62,572 nt of DNA from positions 9,348-71,919 of the forward strand of contig NW_003314459.1 in assembly GCF_000143415.4 (NCBI RefSeq), written 5' to 3'. Positions 50,401-61,769 of the stretch are shown here, piece after piece (the first letter of the stretch is position 1; each line of letters opens with the position of its first letter). The position numbers and the translations under genes were made by a program. The stretch comes from Selaginella moellendorffii (taxonomy: Eukaryota > Plantae > Lycopodiophyta). Under the pieces are notes generated by a model that saw nothing but the letters and a program-made list of their open reading frames with translations, made no database searches and was not told the origin of the DNA.

Positions 50401-53400
50401 AAATCCCTCCCGTGCTGTTTAGAACTCTCATAGCAGGCCGGAAGATAGGGCTTCACGCATTCTTCCAGGGCTTGAGCATGGAGTTGTGACGGTAGCATTC
50501 TCTGTGGTAGTGCCATTGCTAGGGATTTCAATATAACATGTTCTTGGGGCCTACATCGAGAAGCTTTATGGAACCACTCCACTGGAATCATCTCCACATG
50601 GTGGGGTAGCCTCGAGCAGTTTGTTATGATGATCCCTATTTGTCTCTGCCTTTCCTGCACATGATGTGGTGGAGAACACAAGGACAACAACAACATTGGC
50701 TTCGCATAATGAGCCTCTGGGAAAGTCCTGCAAACAGTTCCATACGGTTCTCAACTATTTGTGGCGTATGGATCACAGATGTGGTGACTCTTGTACTCAG
50801 TGTGCTGCCTAACTCTTCACTTATTTCCTCTGGGGATGATCAGAAAGTAATAACTTGAACAATGTTTTCTCTGCTTCTAAATATCCAGGCACTTCCACTC
50901 TTGTATGATCCTGATGATAATGAGAATGTGGATAATGTGGACTTATCACACGAGCACGTACTGTGGCAGACTTTCTCAAGAGAACTAAACTAATACAAGA
51001 TGCAGATAGGTTCATCAAGAGAATGTCATTCACTTCTTAGTGACTGCTTAGTGCCTGTAAAGTTCACGAGGACTTGGAGAGATGATCAAAAGGTGGCGAT
51101 GGATATGCTTAAGTGTGTGAAGCGTGAGCATATGAGTTCTGTGCTTTGTAGGAGCTTCATTATTGCCGAGACTTGAATTCAAACTATCTCTTTATTTTCT
51201 ATCTAAGTCACGTGTATATGCACTGTTAGCACAACTATTATATAGAAACTGAATAAGAGTTTTGATGGATGGCTCAAAAGAAGTTAGGTTGATTCAAAAA
51301 ATACCTCTCCAAATTTTTTAAGAGATGGAGAATGATAACTCCACAATGGTGAGATGTGATGGTAAGAATTAAGGACTAATGCTTAACATAAACATGAAGT
51401 TTACCTATGTATGTATTAAGTTTCTAAGCATAAAAAGTGGCAAGAGGAAGATGGATAAAGACAATAAATTCTACACAACCAACCATGCAAACAAACTGTC
51501 AAGTAGGCAACAATCAAAAGTAAAAGCAAAATAAGTGTTAGATAAAATGCAAAACATCATGGATGAGTTGACAAGAACTTGTCAAGTGAAATGCTGATGA
51601 AGCACAAGCAAATGTTCTCAAAAAATCACAAATCATATCACTGATTTATTATTTCAATACTTATTTACCATACTTATTTCTGTTACTTGAGTAGTATCTA
51701 AAATATATAACTGTGAATAAACCAATATTATGATAAACTTGTCCATGTATTTTAAAATAATAACATCTACTGTAACCTCTTCAATGTTTGCACCTATTGA
51801 TGCAAATGCTAATGCACTATTATAATTTAGTTTTAATACACATATAACTTTTTTGACTGCAGGTATTATATTAGAAAATAAATTTTAGTTACTTATAAAA
51901 ATATATAAATGCGAAGTATAAAAGTGTGGATGTACTCTGAACACTTCAACATCATAAATTATACAATCTGCTATTCTTTTCGTGAGAATCCTTTTTTACT
52001 TGAACTCTGAAACAAACAGTGAATCTAACTGAAAGAAACACAAGGTTGTTTCTTGTATTTTTTCTCTCAACGCATTATCATGTTCTTCTCCTTTGCATTT
52101 TTTTTCAATGGAAAGCAGACGTTGTGATGACAAATATCTTTGGAAAATTGTTTCCAATGCAGAAGCTCTACATGCGGGACTGGCCATTTGAACTCTACAT
52201 TGATATGTGGGCTAAGATATATCTTCTTTATCTAGCCAGGCATTAGGGTAATTCAGGCCAGGGTAGTGAGCTGATTAGCTTTTTTGAAGCTTGATAGTGA
52301 TGAGGATCTGACAGAGATTCAAGATGTAATGCTGCCACAATGTGCCAACTTGCCACGGAGAAAAAAAAGTGATGTATGCTCATATCCAAGTTATTAGGGT
52401 GACACCATCCAGCCAGCACTATTGCAAGCTAGCATTAGACAATAAGAGTGAGTTATATCTATTTCTTGTTGATCATGTAGATGGAATAGGAAATCTATTT
52501 GTATTCCACACTTTATGACAATGCATGCATGGGCTTCTCGTTACACAAAATAAACTATAAATTATAAGTTAAGATATTAATAACTTATTCTATAATATTT
52601 TAATATCATAAAAATCATGATACTAAAAAAACAAAAAATTATATATACATTATAATATAGCATGTTATAATATAACAATAATTTATATATTAAGCATAAA
52701 TATAATACAATTCAGTAGAATACTTTTTTCTTTTATAATTACAGAAGTTTGAAACTTTTACAGAATAGTCTGGATGTAGCCTAAAGAAGAAAGATTGTAT
52801 GAAGGAAAGTTTGTATGAAATTGTAAATGTTTATCTTCACTTTCTCGAGCACATCAGGATTTTGCTTTAGGAAACCATCAGCCATCGAGTTGTGACCAGG
52901 GTTTATGTACATGTTGAGCATGTCTATGATTTCAGCACTTCCAGAAACTCTCCTTTGTCATCCAGCTCATCCATGAGCAACAAAAGAATGCTTGTTTCTT
53001 GTGGCTTTCTAGAAGCTCTTCGCTGGTTGATCAGGTCCTGGATAAACTTGATGACCTTTCACCTGGCCTGAGAATGGGAAAACATCACAAAACTATGTAA
53101 GACAATGCATATGGCTTTTACCTTCAAGGCTTAGTTGTAGGCAGTGTTGGGGAAGTTGACGGGGAAAGCCTGAATGCCTTGGTTGACAATGTAGTACAAG
53201 GAGAAAATCTCATCCACATCGAGACTGGAGTCTTTCCTATATAAAATGTAGAGGACAGTTAGATACGTGAACTGTCATATCAGAAAAAACCAGTATCAAC
53301 GAGAAAATAAGACAGAGAGGAAGTAAACATCACTTACCCTTCTCATCTCGGTAAGAAGAACAATCTTATGCTCCATAGGCCACCTTGCAAGGCATGCTGT

Positions 53401-53723
53401 TGTAGGGGCACATACTGCTTAAGAGCTTTGGGATTGTTCACAGTGACTCAGTAAGCTTCTGGAGCTTCAAGTAGCTCTCTTCAGTTAATCTTGCAAACAG
53501 ATTTCGTTCAATGAGCACAACAGATATTTATTACATTTATATTACATTTATTGGGATCATACAATGTAAAAGGGACTTTCAATATAAATATTATATTATG
53601 NNNNNNNNNNNNNNNNNNNNNNNNNNNNNNNNNNNNNNNNNNNNNNNNNNNNNNNNNNNNNNNNNNNNNNNNNNNNNNNNNNNNNNNNNNNNNNNNNNNN
53701 NNNNNNNNNNNNNNNTTTGCTAG
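47260..53723 (+). mobile_element. Chimeric Helitron-like unit E (C/D-type 5' part, B-type body, inverted P450 insert)
   Basis: Starts (TCA)3-TACTCATATATT. ~48045-48480 matches C/D modules and ~48886-52700 matches the B body. TTTGCTAG ends at 53723, right after a gap. Confidence 0.8.
52706..53523 (-). pseudogene. Inverted copy of the CYP88-like fragment
   Basis: Reverse complement of ~3719-4535 and ~56846-57663. Confidence 0.9.
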
Positions 53724-53941
53724 TACTCCCTTATTTAAACGTGCTATTGGCATATGGCATCCGGCGTCTTTTATTCCATTTTTAGAATATTATTTATGAA
53801 TATGCTTATAATCTAACGGTTCAAATTCAAAAACTTCAAATAGACGGCATAGATCAAGTGCCAAAGGGGTGGCAACGCTTCAATGTGATTTTAATGACGT
53901 TCCAAATCAAGGAAATTTTTAGGGCAGATTGTGAGCTGCAA

Positions 53942-54003
<62 letters not shown>

Positions 54004-54010
54004 TCTGTGT

Positions 54011-54572
54011 CACAACTTGGCTGCGGGACTCTCCTTCCATGCTATAAGTTGGTATATGGAAGGTAAGCTTTTCTGGATTCCACTTCAGCCTCCATTGTTT
54101 GTTCTTGTAGATGCAAGAATTGGCTGCGATGTCTTCAAATTCCAATGCCCTGGATTGAGCTGGCCATTGCGTACTATTCTTCTGTCAAAAGGCTGGTTTG
54201 CATGTGGTCAACAAGCTCAGCGCTCCATACCAGAGCACTGACGAGCATCCTGCAGAACCTTTTTATTTGCCAAGGATCTCTCTCTCTCTCTCTGTCTGTG
54301 TCTGTGTCACAACTTGGCTGCGGGACTCTCCTTCCATGCTATAAGTTGGTATATGGAAGGTAAGCTTTTCTGGATTCCACTTCAGCCTCCATTGTTTGTT
54401 CTTGTAGATGCAAGAATTGGCTGCGATGTCTTCAAATTCCAATGCCCTGGATTGAGCTGGCCATTGCGTACTATTCTTCTGTCAAAAGGCTGGTTTGCAT
54501 GTGGTCAACAAGCTCAGCGCTCCATACCAGAGCACTGACGAGCATCCTGCAGAACCTTTTTATTTGCCAAGG
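54011..54572 (+). repeat. 297-bp tandem duplication inside A2
   Basis: CACAACTTGGCTGCGGG...TTGCCAAGGA starts at 54011 and again at 54308, each preceded by a CT/GT microsatellite. Confidence 0.9.
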
Positions 54573-56528
54573 ACAGTGAGTTGCATATGCCAAGATTGAA
54601 AAGAGCCAGGTGATACGTTCACCATCAGCAGCTGATCAGGTTTAGGAGGTAAGTAACTCTCCTCAAGTGTGTTTGACAGGCTGTTTGTTTCCTTGGTCAT
54701 TTCAATAAAAAAAGAAAGTGGACAATTGCGGGAAGAGGCTCTCCTTGGGTTCCATGAGAAAGCTCTGGAAATTAGCAGGTAACTCCTCAGGTTTTGTGTT
54801 CTTTCGGGTGATCTGATCTTGTGTCATGCGACTCAGGCCAGGAAGCACCCGGCACTGGCCAATGCAGTGGGTCAGCAATTAGAATTTATCTGCTTGACCC
54901 AGGGGGAAGGACTGGTAATTTTATTTCATTTTTTATTTGTTCTTGCCTTGGTGAAAAGCTTAGTTTCAGTTGCTCAATCCTTGACGTGATTCCATCTGAA
55001 TAGCATACCAATTTTCTTATGTGCCAGAACGTAGCTGGTTCAAACTGTTCTCAGCTGTGGTGAGTTGCTGATTCAATCTTTCAAAGTAACAGTAAAACCA
55101 TATGATGAACAGAATGTGGTAGAAGTTGCAAAATCCTGCAATCTCTTTAGGCGAGAGCTGGACGGAAATTGGGCTTGCTGGCCTTGGTGGCAGAGAAACC
55201 TTGGCGGCGCCAATGATAAAACTACTGGACGAGGCCTTTTGTTGTCCTCCTCTTGTGAGTATGCCAGGCCAGCAAGGGAACGCTTGGATTCACTTGCAAA
55301 CACAAGTACAGAACTCCAACATTCGTTCTTGCTTCCTCTTGGTATTGCTCTCATGTTTTCCATTGCTTTCACTTATGCTCTTTTTTATTAGTGTGGCTTT
55401 ATAATGGAGACGGTCCTTCTCAGTCTGAATAACACCAATGATATTTGTCATTCATGAAGAAAGTAGCATTTATCTCGACAAACATCGTTACTTTTGAGCT
55501 GAGTCCCAGTCCGAGTGAAGATGGCGATGATCCAGCAGCAATTCTATAATGCAAGCAGCCTGATCGAGGTGGGGCCTCTAGGATTGATGTTGGCATGGAC
55601 ACTTTTTCTGTGTCACCGAGCTCACCAGGTAGGTGTGCCTTTACATTCTCAACTCCTTTCATTTGCTCACTTTGTGTATGTTTCAGAGAGAAAGATGACA
55701 AGTCATGTTTTTCTCGATCAAATGAGTGAGGTAAGAGAGGTCTCTTCCCTTTTGTGCCATTGTAAACTACACATCCAGTCTTGTGATTATTTTTACAAAC
55801 TGCTGTGGCATTCAAGCTAATGGCTCACAATCAATACAACCATTCTTTTTATTGTTATTGACTCTGATATGTTTGTGGCACTTTTCTTTCTCATTGATGT
55901 GGATCACTTACTGATGTTTGATGTTTCTGTAGGAGAAAAGATGGATCGGAAAATGAAGATGTAAAAATGTGAAAATGAAGTAATCTCAGCACATAATAGT
56001 GAGGATTGCAGGTTTAATCAACCTTAAACTCATGACACTGTGTCCAGGTAATTTATGGAAAAGTAGAATATGTCAAATTCTAGAAAAAGTAGTTGTTCTT
56101 ATTTCCAATGAATGAGCTTTTGGAGGTGCTTGTGTGTTTTACAGCCTGGTTTTCCTATTGCAGGTCTCCCTTCTTATTCCCAGGAGTGGCAGAAGGGCTG
56201 GGATTTATTTATTTTGGTTCTTTTGATTGGAAACTACTGAGATTCAGTGTTGAGCTCTAATAATGAAAGGCAGAGAATTTATGGTTGCCATATTATTGCA
56301 GTGGGGATACAATCCTGAAATTTTGTGTTTACAGTTTTGGAGCCGATCAAAATATCCGAAATTTCCCAACGAGGAGTGCACTGCCAATACAGCAGTGGTG
56401 CTCTCGAGTTATCGTCACTGGAGCCACTAATATGAACGTGACTGGCTGCTCAATTAATCAGACGCCATAGTTGAGTGCCAACACTGTACCATTATGGGGT
56501 TCTTCCTCCTCTATCACTGGAAAGCAAC

Positions 56529-57535
56529 ATGGCAGTGACTGCTTTGCCGACATTCTCGAGATTTTTACACAAGTGGTACTATGAGCCGGTGCTAAAGCCA
56601 GGACAGCCTCCACTTCCACCGGGTCCGCTTGGATGGCCCGTCTTTATCAACATGGCTGCTTTTCTCAGAGCCTTCAAGTCTGGATTACCATACTCTTTCA
56701 TGGGTCACTTCTTGGTTTCAGGTATAATCGAGTGGGTTTTACAAGGCATTTCTGTTCTAGCAGCCCACCGTCCTGGTTGCCACACCAGAGGCATGCAAAT
56801 TCGTGCTCTCCAAAGACAGCTTTGAGACAGGATGGCCAAAGAGCGCTGTTGTGCTCATTGGACGAAATCTGTTTGCGAGATTAACTGAAGAGAGCTACTT
56901 GAAGCTCCAGAAGCTTACTGAGTCACTGTGAACAATCCCAAAGCTCTTAAGCAGTACGTGCCCCTACAACAGCATGCCTTGCAAGGTGGCCTACGGAGCA
57001 TAAGATTGTTCTTCTTACCGAGATGAGAAGGGTAAGTGATGTTTACTTCCTCTCTGTCTTATTTTCTCGTTGATACTGGTTTTTTCTGATATGACAGTTC
57101 ACGTATCTAACTGTCCTCTACATTTTATATAGGAAAGACTCCAGTCTCGATGTGGATGACATTTTCTCCTTGTACTACATTGTCAACCAAGGCATTCAGG
57201 CTTTCCCCATCAACTTCCCCAACACTGCCTATAACAAAGCCTTGAAGGTAAAAGCCATATGCATTGTCTTACATAGTTTTGTGATGTTTTCCCATTCTCA
57301 GGCCAGGTGAAAGGTCATCAAGCTTATCCAGGACCTGATCAACCAGCAAAGAGCTTCTAGAAAGACACAGGAAACAAGCATTCTTTTGTTGCTCATGGAT
57401 GAGCTGGATGACAAAGGAGAGTCTCTGGAAGCGCTGAAATAATAGATATGCTCAACATGTACATAAACGCTGGTCACAACTCGATGGCTGATGGTTTCCT
57501 AAAGCAAAATCCTGATGTGCTCGAGAAACTGAAGA
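56529..57535 (+). pseudogene. CYP88A: CYP88A/KAO-like P450 pseudogene fragment, second direct copy
   Basis: WYYEPVLKPGQPPLPPGPLGWPVFINMAAFLRAFKSG in one frame, with stops downstream. Confidence 0.8.
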
Positions 57536-59066
57536 TAAACATTTACAATTTCATACAAACTTTCCTTCATACAATCTTTCTTCTTTAGGCCACATCCAGA
57601 CTATTCTGTAAAAGTTTCAAACTTCTGTAATTATAAAAGAAAAAAGTATTCTACTGAATTGTACCTCATACAAGATGATATCCTATGTATTCTCATGCCT
57701 CCATTATTCTAATTCACCCCTGTCACTTCTGTATTTGGAAGGAAATGCTATTTATGAAAACTTTGCATTTATGTTTTCCAATGGACCTAACAAAGACATG
57801 TTCAAGACAGATGCAAACTGGCAGGTATTCTTAAAGAACCATAGAACTGCACATCATCTCTTTAAGGGAAAGTTATGAGGTGCTTGTAAGGCTCTAAAGT
57901 GTTAACCTCCTCTGGATATCTTTCAATAACAGAAAAAAACTTTTAAAACATGAACGGTACTTTTTCGCTGCTTCTTTCATGTTTTGTGGTAGTCAAGTTA
58001 CAACTTCTGGAATTCTACGAGCAGCATCTGAATAGTAAGCATTTTTTAATAATCTAATAGTAATTTTATTTAAATTATACTTTTTGAGATTTTTAGCTAT
58101 ATATGATTTTAAATCCTTCAGTAAGAGACAATTTTGCAGAATTTTTTTCACATTTTTAAAGTTCCTTAGAAATTTTGAAATTATAACTTCTAGCATGATA
58201 TTACCTAAATATAATCCTAATGAACTGTAGTTTATAATTTTCAAATTTAAGGGTTACCATCTAGATATTTAATTTTAGAGTTTCTCTACTAATTTTTAAC
58301 CTAAATCACTTTTCATGAGAATTTCATATAGACCAGTCTTTTTAATATTTAAAATTTTATTTCTATTAAATTTCTTTCTTCTTATTCTAAGTTTTTCTTT
58401 CTCAAATATTTTTCTCTTCATTATTTAATTTTTGTAGTAGTTATCTTATATATTATAACTTACAAAATGTATTACATACTCTTGATCTATTAGTAACTAA
58501 TATTCTGGTTAGAAAGGTTTTACACATGTATTAATATTTTTTATAAAATATCTAATATAAATATTTAATAAAATAAATTTTCTATCTTTACTGGCTGAGT
58601 TGTATTTTTCTCACAAATGTGATTTATAATTTTACTCTATTTTAAAACCATTAACTTTTTTTATGAAATACTTAATTTACCATTTGAACTAACACGATAT
58701 TTTCCTTATGCTTAGATATGGATTGATATAATACAAAATTGAAACAAAAAATAAAGCTCATTTAAAGTTTTAAGACAAACCTGTACTAATGCTTTATAAT
58801 AAAATTATGCATTCATGTCTCATTAATAACATGGTATCTAATATGGCATAAGCTATCTCATACATATTGAAAGATCAAATCCATTTTTTGATTATATCCC
58901 AGTTTTATGAAGATTTAAAATAAAATAAAACAATAGTTATTAGCTGAAATAATAACATAAAGTTATAAATTATAACATTACACTAATGAGTTTGATAAAA
59001 ATTATATTATATTAAAAATATTCATAAGAATGTATTCTACTATTATTGTGGATTTGTAAAGAAAGA

Positions 59067-59484
59067 TGGAGAAGGGAGAAAAAGACAAGCTCGAGGATTC
59101 AAGCTTAGGAAAGTAAACTTGAGAGGTTCAAGGTTAGGACTGTATTCCTAACCTTGACGTGAGCAGTAGCGACTATAAAAGTAGGACTTAGAATGTTTTT
59201 AGACTTATCCCTAATACAAAATACATTGCAATACATCGTCATTCTGCCTATCTCTTTGGCTATTCACAGCAATGTCTTACTTACCCACCGCCTTCAAGGG
59301 ATCAAAGGCATGGGACTAGCACCTTCAAGCACATGTTCACAGTCTCTATTTGGCTTGGCTCAAGCAGGTAAGTGCATTCATTTTGTAGTGTAGTTTTAGA
59401 GTTAGGGACTAGATTAGATTTGAAACTCCTAGGAAGATCTCGTGTGGACGTTTCCTCCCAGTTTAGAGATTCCAGGAGTTTTCA
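59067..59484 (+). repeat. 5' LTR (418 bp)
   Basis: TGGAGA...TTTTCA termini, TATA-like CTATAAAA at ~59173, directly followed by the PBS. The 3' LTR is outside the window. Confidence 0.75.
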
Positions 59485-59485
59485 C

Positions 59486-59502
59486 TGGCGACCACGGTGG
59501 GA
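59486..59502 (+). other. Primer-binding site, tRNA-Arg type
   Basis: TGGCGACCACGGTGGGA, 1 nt after the LTR-terminal CA. Complementary to the remembered 3' end of plant tRNA-Arg(UCG) (..UCCCACUGUGGUCGCCA) with one G:U pair. Confidence 0.75.
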
Positions 59503-59863
59503 TGAGAGAGGCGTGAAGAGCTCATGGAATAGAGCAGACCAAGACGCTCATTTCCCCCAAAACTTCAAGGAAAACAGACCAAAGACGCACAAGAAAATGG
59601 CATAGGAAGAAAAAGCCCCAAAAATCAAGAAAAACAAGACCGTAAAACAAAAACGGTGGAAGAGCATGAAGGAATGAAGAAAAAAATGGAGCGTAAGACC
59701 AAAAGATGAAGAACACATGAAGATTGAAGCCACCCAAGTCGTGGAAAACTTGGAGCGTACGCGTAACTGTTTTTGGCGAGAGGTTGAAGAAAGCGAATAT
59801 TCCAAGAATCTGCGATAAGGAAACGACCAAGGGAAAATTCTAGCGGCTGGAGATGGAGGAAGA

Positions 59864-60193
59864 ATGAAAAAGCACGACTGCCCATTTGGAGACACAAGCT
59901 GTACAAGATACGAAGACTGCCTTTTGTGTGGTTTCAGAAATTGTGCAAAACCGTACAAGGAATGCTATCCAAAATGGCGATGTGACACTTGCAAGCAAGC
60001 AAAAGCTAGACTCCGAATCAAGGATGAGAATGCCACAGCGGGGGAGAGAAGAAAACGAGAAGAAATAGCCCAAGAAAACGACACTAAAAAGAGAGACGAT
60101 AGTATAGAACAAGCAGCAAAACAAAGCTTTAGTTGTTTACAAAAACTTCAAGAAACGATTCTGCGACTCTTCTACAAATTGTCTAGCAAATAG
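59864..60193 (+). CDS. Cys-rich small ORF in the retrotransposon leader (109 aa)
   Basis: HDCPFGDTSCTRYEDCLLCGFRNCAKPYKECYPKWRCDTC followed by a charged, coiled-coil-like tail; no homolog recognised. Confidence 0.35.
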   Translation: MKKHDCPFGDTSCTRYEDCLLCGFRNCAKPYKECYPKWRCDTCKQAKARLRIKDENATAGERRKREEIAQENDTKKRDDSIEQAAKQSFSCLQKLQETILRLFYKLSSK

Positions 60194-60274
60194 GAAGGAT
60201 GCAAAAATGAGGAAATGTTGAAAGAAAAATATGTTTACTTCGATTTCTTTGCAACTTGAAGAATCCTGACTTGG

Positions 60275-61072
60275 GTGTATCGCGGACACCTCTTTCAACA
60301 AACAATTGTCGAATTCCTAGGCATACACAAACATGAAACTTTTCAACCATTAACGCTTGCTTTCAACACTAATTTGACGAGAGTCATAGCAGCAACAGAG
60401 TGTGGAACCTTTGAACCACAAGTTCGTTGGTTTGTGGACACTCTTAGATTTAGAGATTTCGAAGAGAACGCGGAATTACTTTACCGACTTCTTCAAAGTC
60501 CTCTTCGTGTAACACTACCAACAAGCACTCTTATCGAATTATATACTATAGCATATTGGCACCGTTTAGGACGGACGAGAATAGCTGGAGAATTAAGAAA
60601 TCAAGGACAAGGCCATCAACAAAATCGAATTCGGAATTCGAGATTAAGAAACCGACGGGACCCTGAGCTTGAGTCAAGTTCAAGGGAACGACTTGGAAAC
60701 TCGAGGATAACAAGTCGAAGGAGGAGAAATTTAAGACAGGATCACAATAGGCCAAGATTAAATACAGTACCAAACTTCAACTTTGACACCGAAGTCCAAC
60801 GTCGAAACCCCAGCCTAGAGCGACATATCACTCGCAACCAACAAGGAAGAGTGCGTCCAAGCAGTCTCAACATTTTAAGGAGTATTTTAGGAGATCCTGC
60901 ATCAAGGATTCAAACTTATAATGCAAGAGTATTAATTGAGACTATCCCTTGGGAAGTTTGTGAAGCAATCGACTCTGATTGTGAAAGAGAACGTGCTATA
61001 CGACAGAGGGAAGTAGAACACCACCGGCAAGAACAGCATCAGGGAAATGCACCATCACAAAATCAACCATAG
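60275..61072 (+). CDS. Extra ORF upstream of gag (265 aa, unknown function)
   Basis: Long open frame (non-ATG start as called) with a globular-looking N-half and an Arg-rich C-half, on the same strand as gag. Confidence 0.45.
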   Translation: MYRGHLFQQTIVEFLGIHKHETFQPLTLAFNTNLTRVIAATECGTFEPQVRWFVDTLRFRDFEENAELLYRLLQSPLRVTLPTSTLIELYTIAYWHRLGRTRIAGELRNQGQGHQQNRIRNSRLRNRRDPELESSSRERLGNSRITSRRRRNLRQDHNRPRLNTVPNFNFDTEVQRRNPSLERHITRNQQGRVRPSSLNILRSILGDPASRIQTYNARVLIETIPWEVCEAIDSDCERERAIRQREVEHHRQEQHQGNAPSQNQP

Positions 61073-61769
61073 GGAAAAGCGCGCTGGATAAACCCGCGCA
61101 CACATAGGCTTAAAGCAACAAGAATCTGTTGGAAACTATACTGTGACGTGTGGACGTCATTAGAGACTAGAAACATACAAGAATTAGGACATTAAAATAC
61201 AACCACTGCTGTATTTAGCATTTTCAAATACTACCAACGACTGGGAAACACAAACGCTCATAGTGAGAGCTCGCATTCCAGTACAACCAACATATTGTAA
61301 GAGACCAAAACAATTGTTCAAGAATTTAGATAAGATTGGACTCCTAAAGAGAGTTGCAATCGTTTGCATACCTGCTCGATCCCAAACTTGGAGAGCAGCA
61401 CCAAATCTCACTAGCGAACAGCTACATCGATCAATATATGACACAACCAACCTCCTTCCACAAACAAAATCGTACTTACTTACACCACCAGATTTTTCAA
61501 ATACAAGACCTTTCCTAAGCTAGACTCAGGAAAGTGACCTCGAGAAGAAACTCGGGAAGAATCGAGAAAGAGAAACTCGATTGAAGACTCAAGACACAAG
61601 AGCTTGACTTCACATTTCTACTACAAAAACAAACTTGCAAAAGACTCAAGACATAAGAGCTTGACTTTGCAATCTATGAAGAACAACATTTGACTCCAGA
61701 CAACTTAGGCAAAACATAAATTCAGGAAACTTACCTCAACATTCAAGTTGAGAAGACTCAGCAAACTGA

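Larger units (their letters stand above)
53724..59066 (+). mobile_element. Helitron-like unit A2 (copy of A1 923-7484, lacking A1 ~4913-6448), interrupted by an LTR element
   Basis: Same start TACTCCCTTATTTAAACG and collinear with A1 up to ...TTTGTAAAGAAAGA (59066 = A1 7484). Confidence 0.85.

Noticed and set aside
896-53723. CRISPR-like or integron attC-like array of repeated hairpins
   Set aside because: Eukaryotic context, kilobase irregular spacing and no cas or integrase gene; hairpin plus CTAG is explained by Helitron termini.
1-59066. Autonomous Helitron Rep/helicase gene
   Set aside because: No HUH Rep or PIF1-helicase motifs were recognised in any ORF, and the gaps as sized are too small to hide one.
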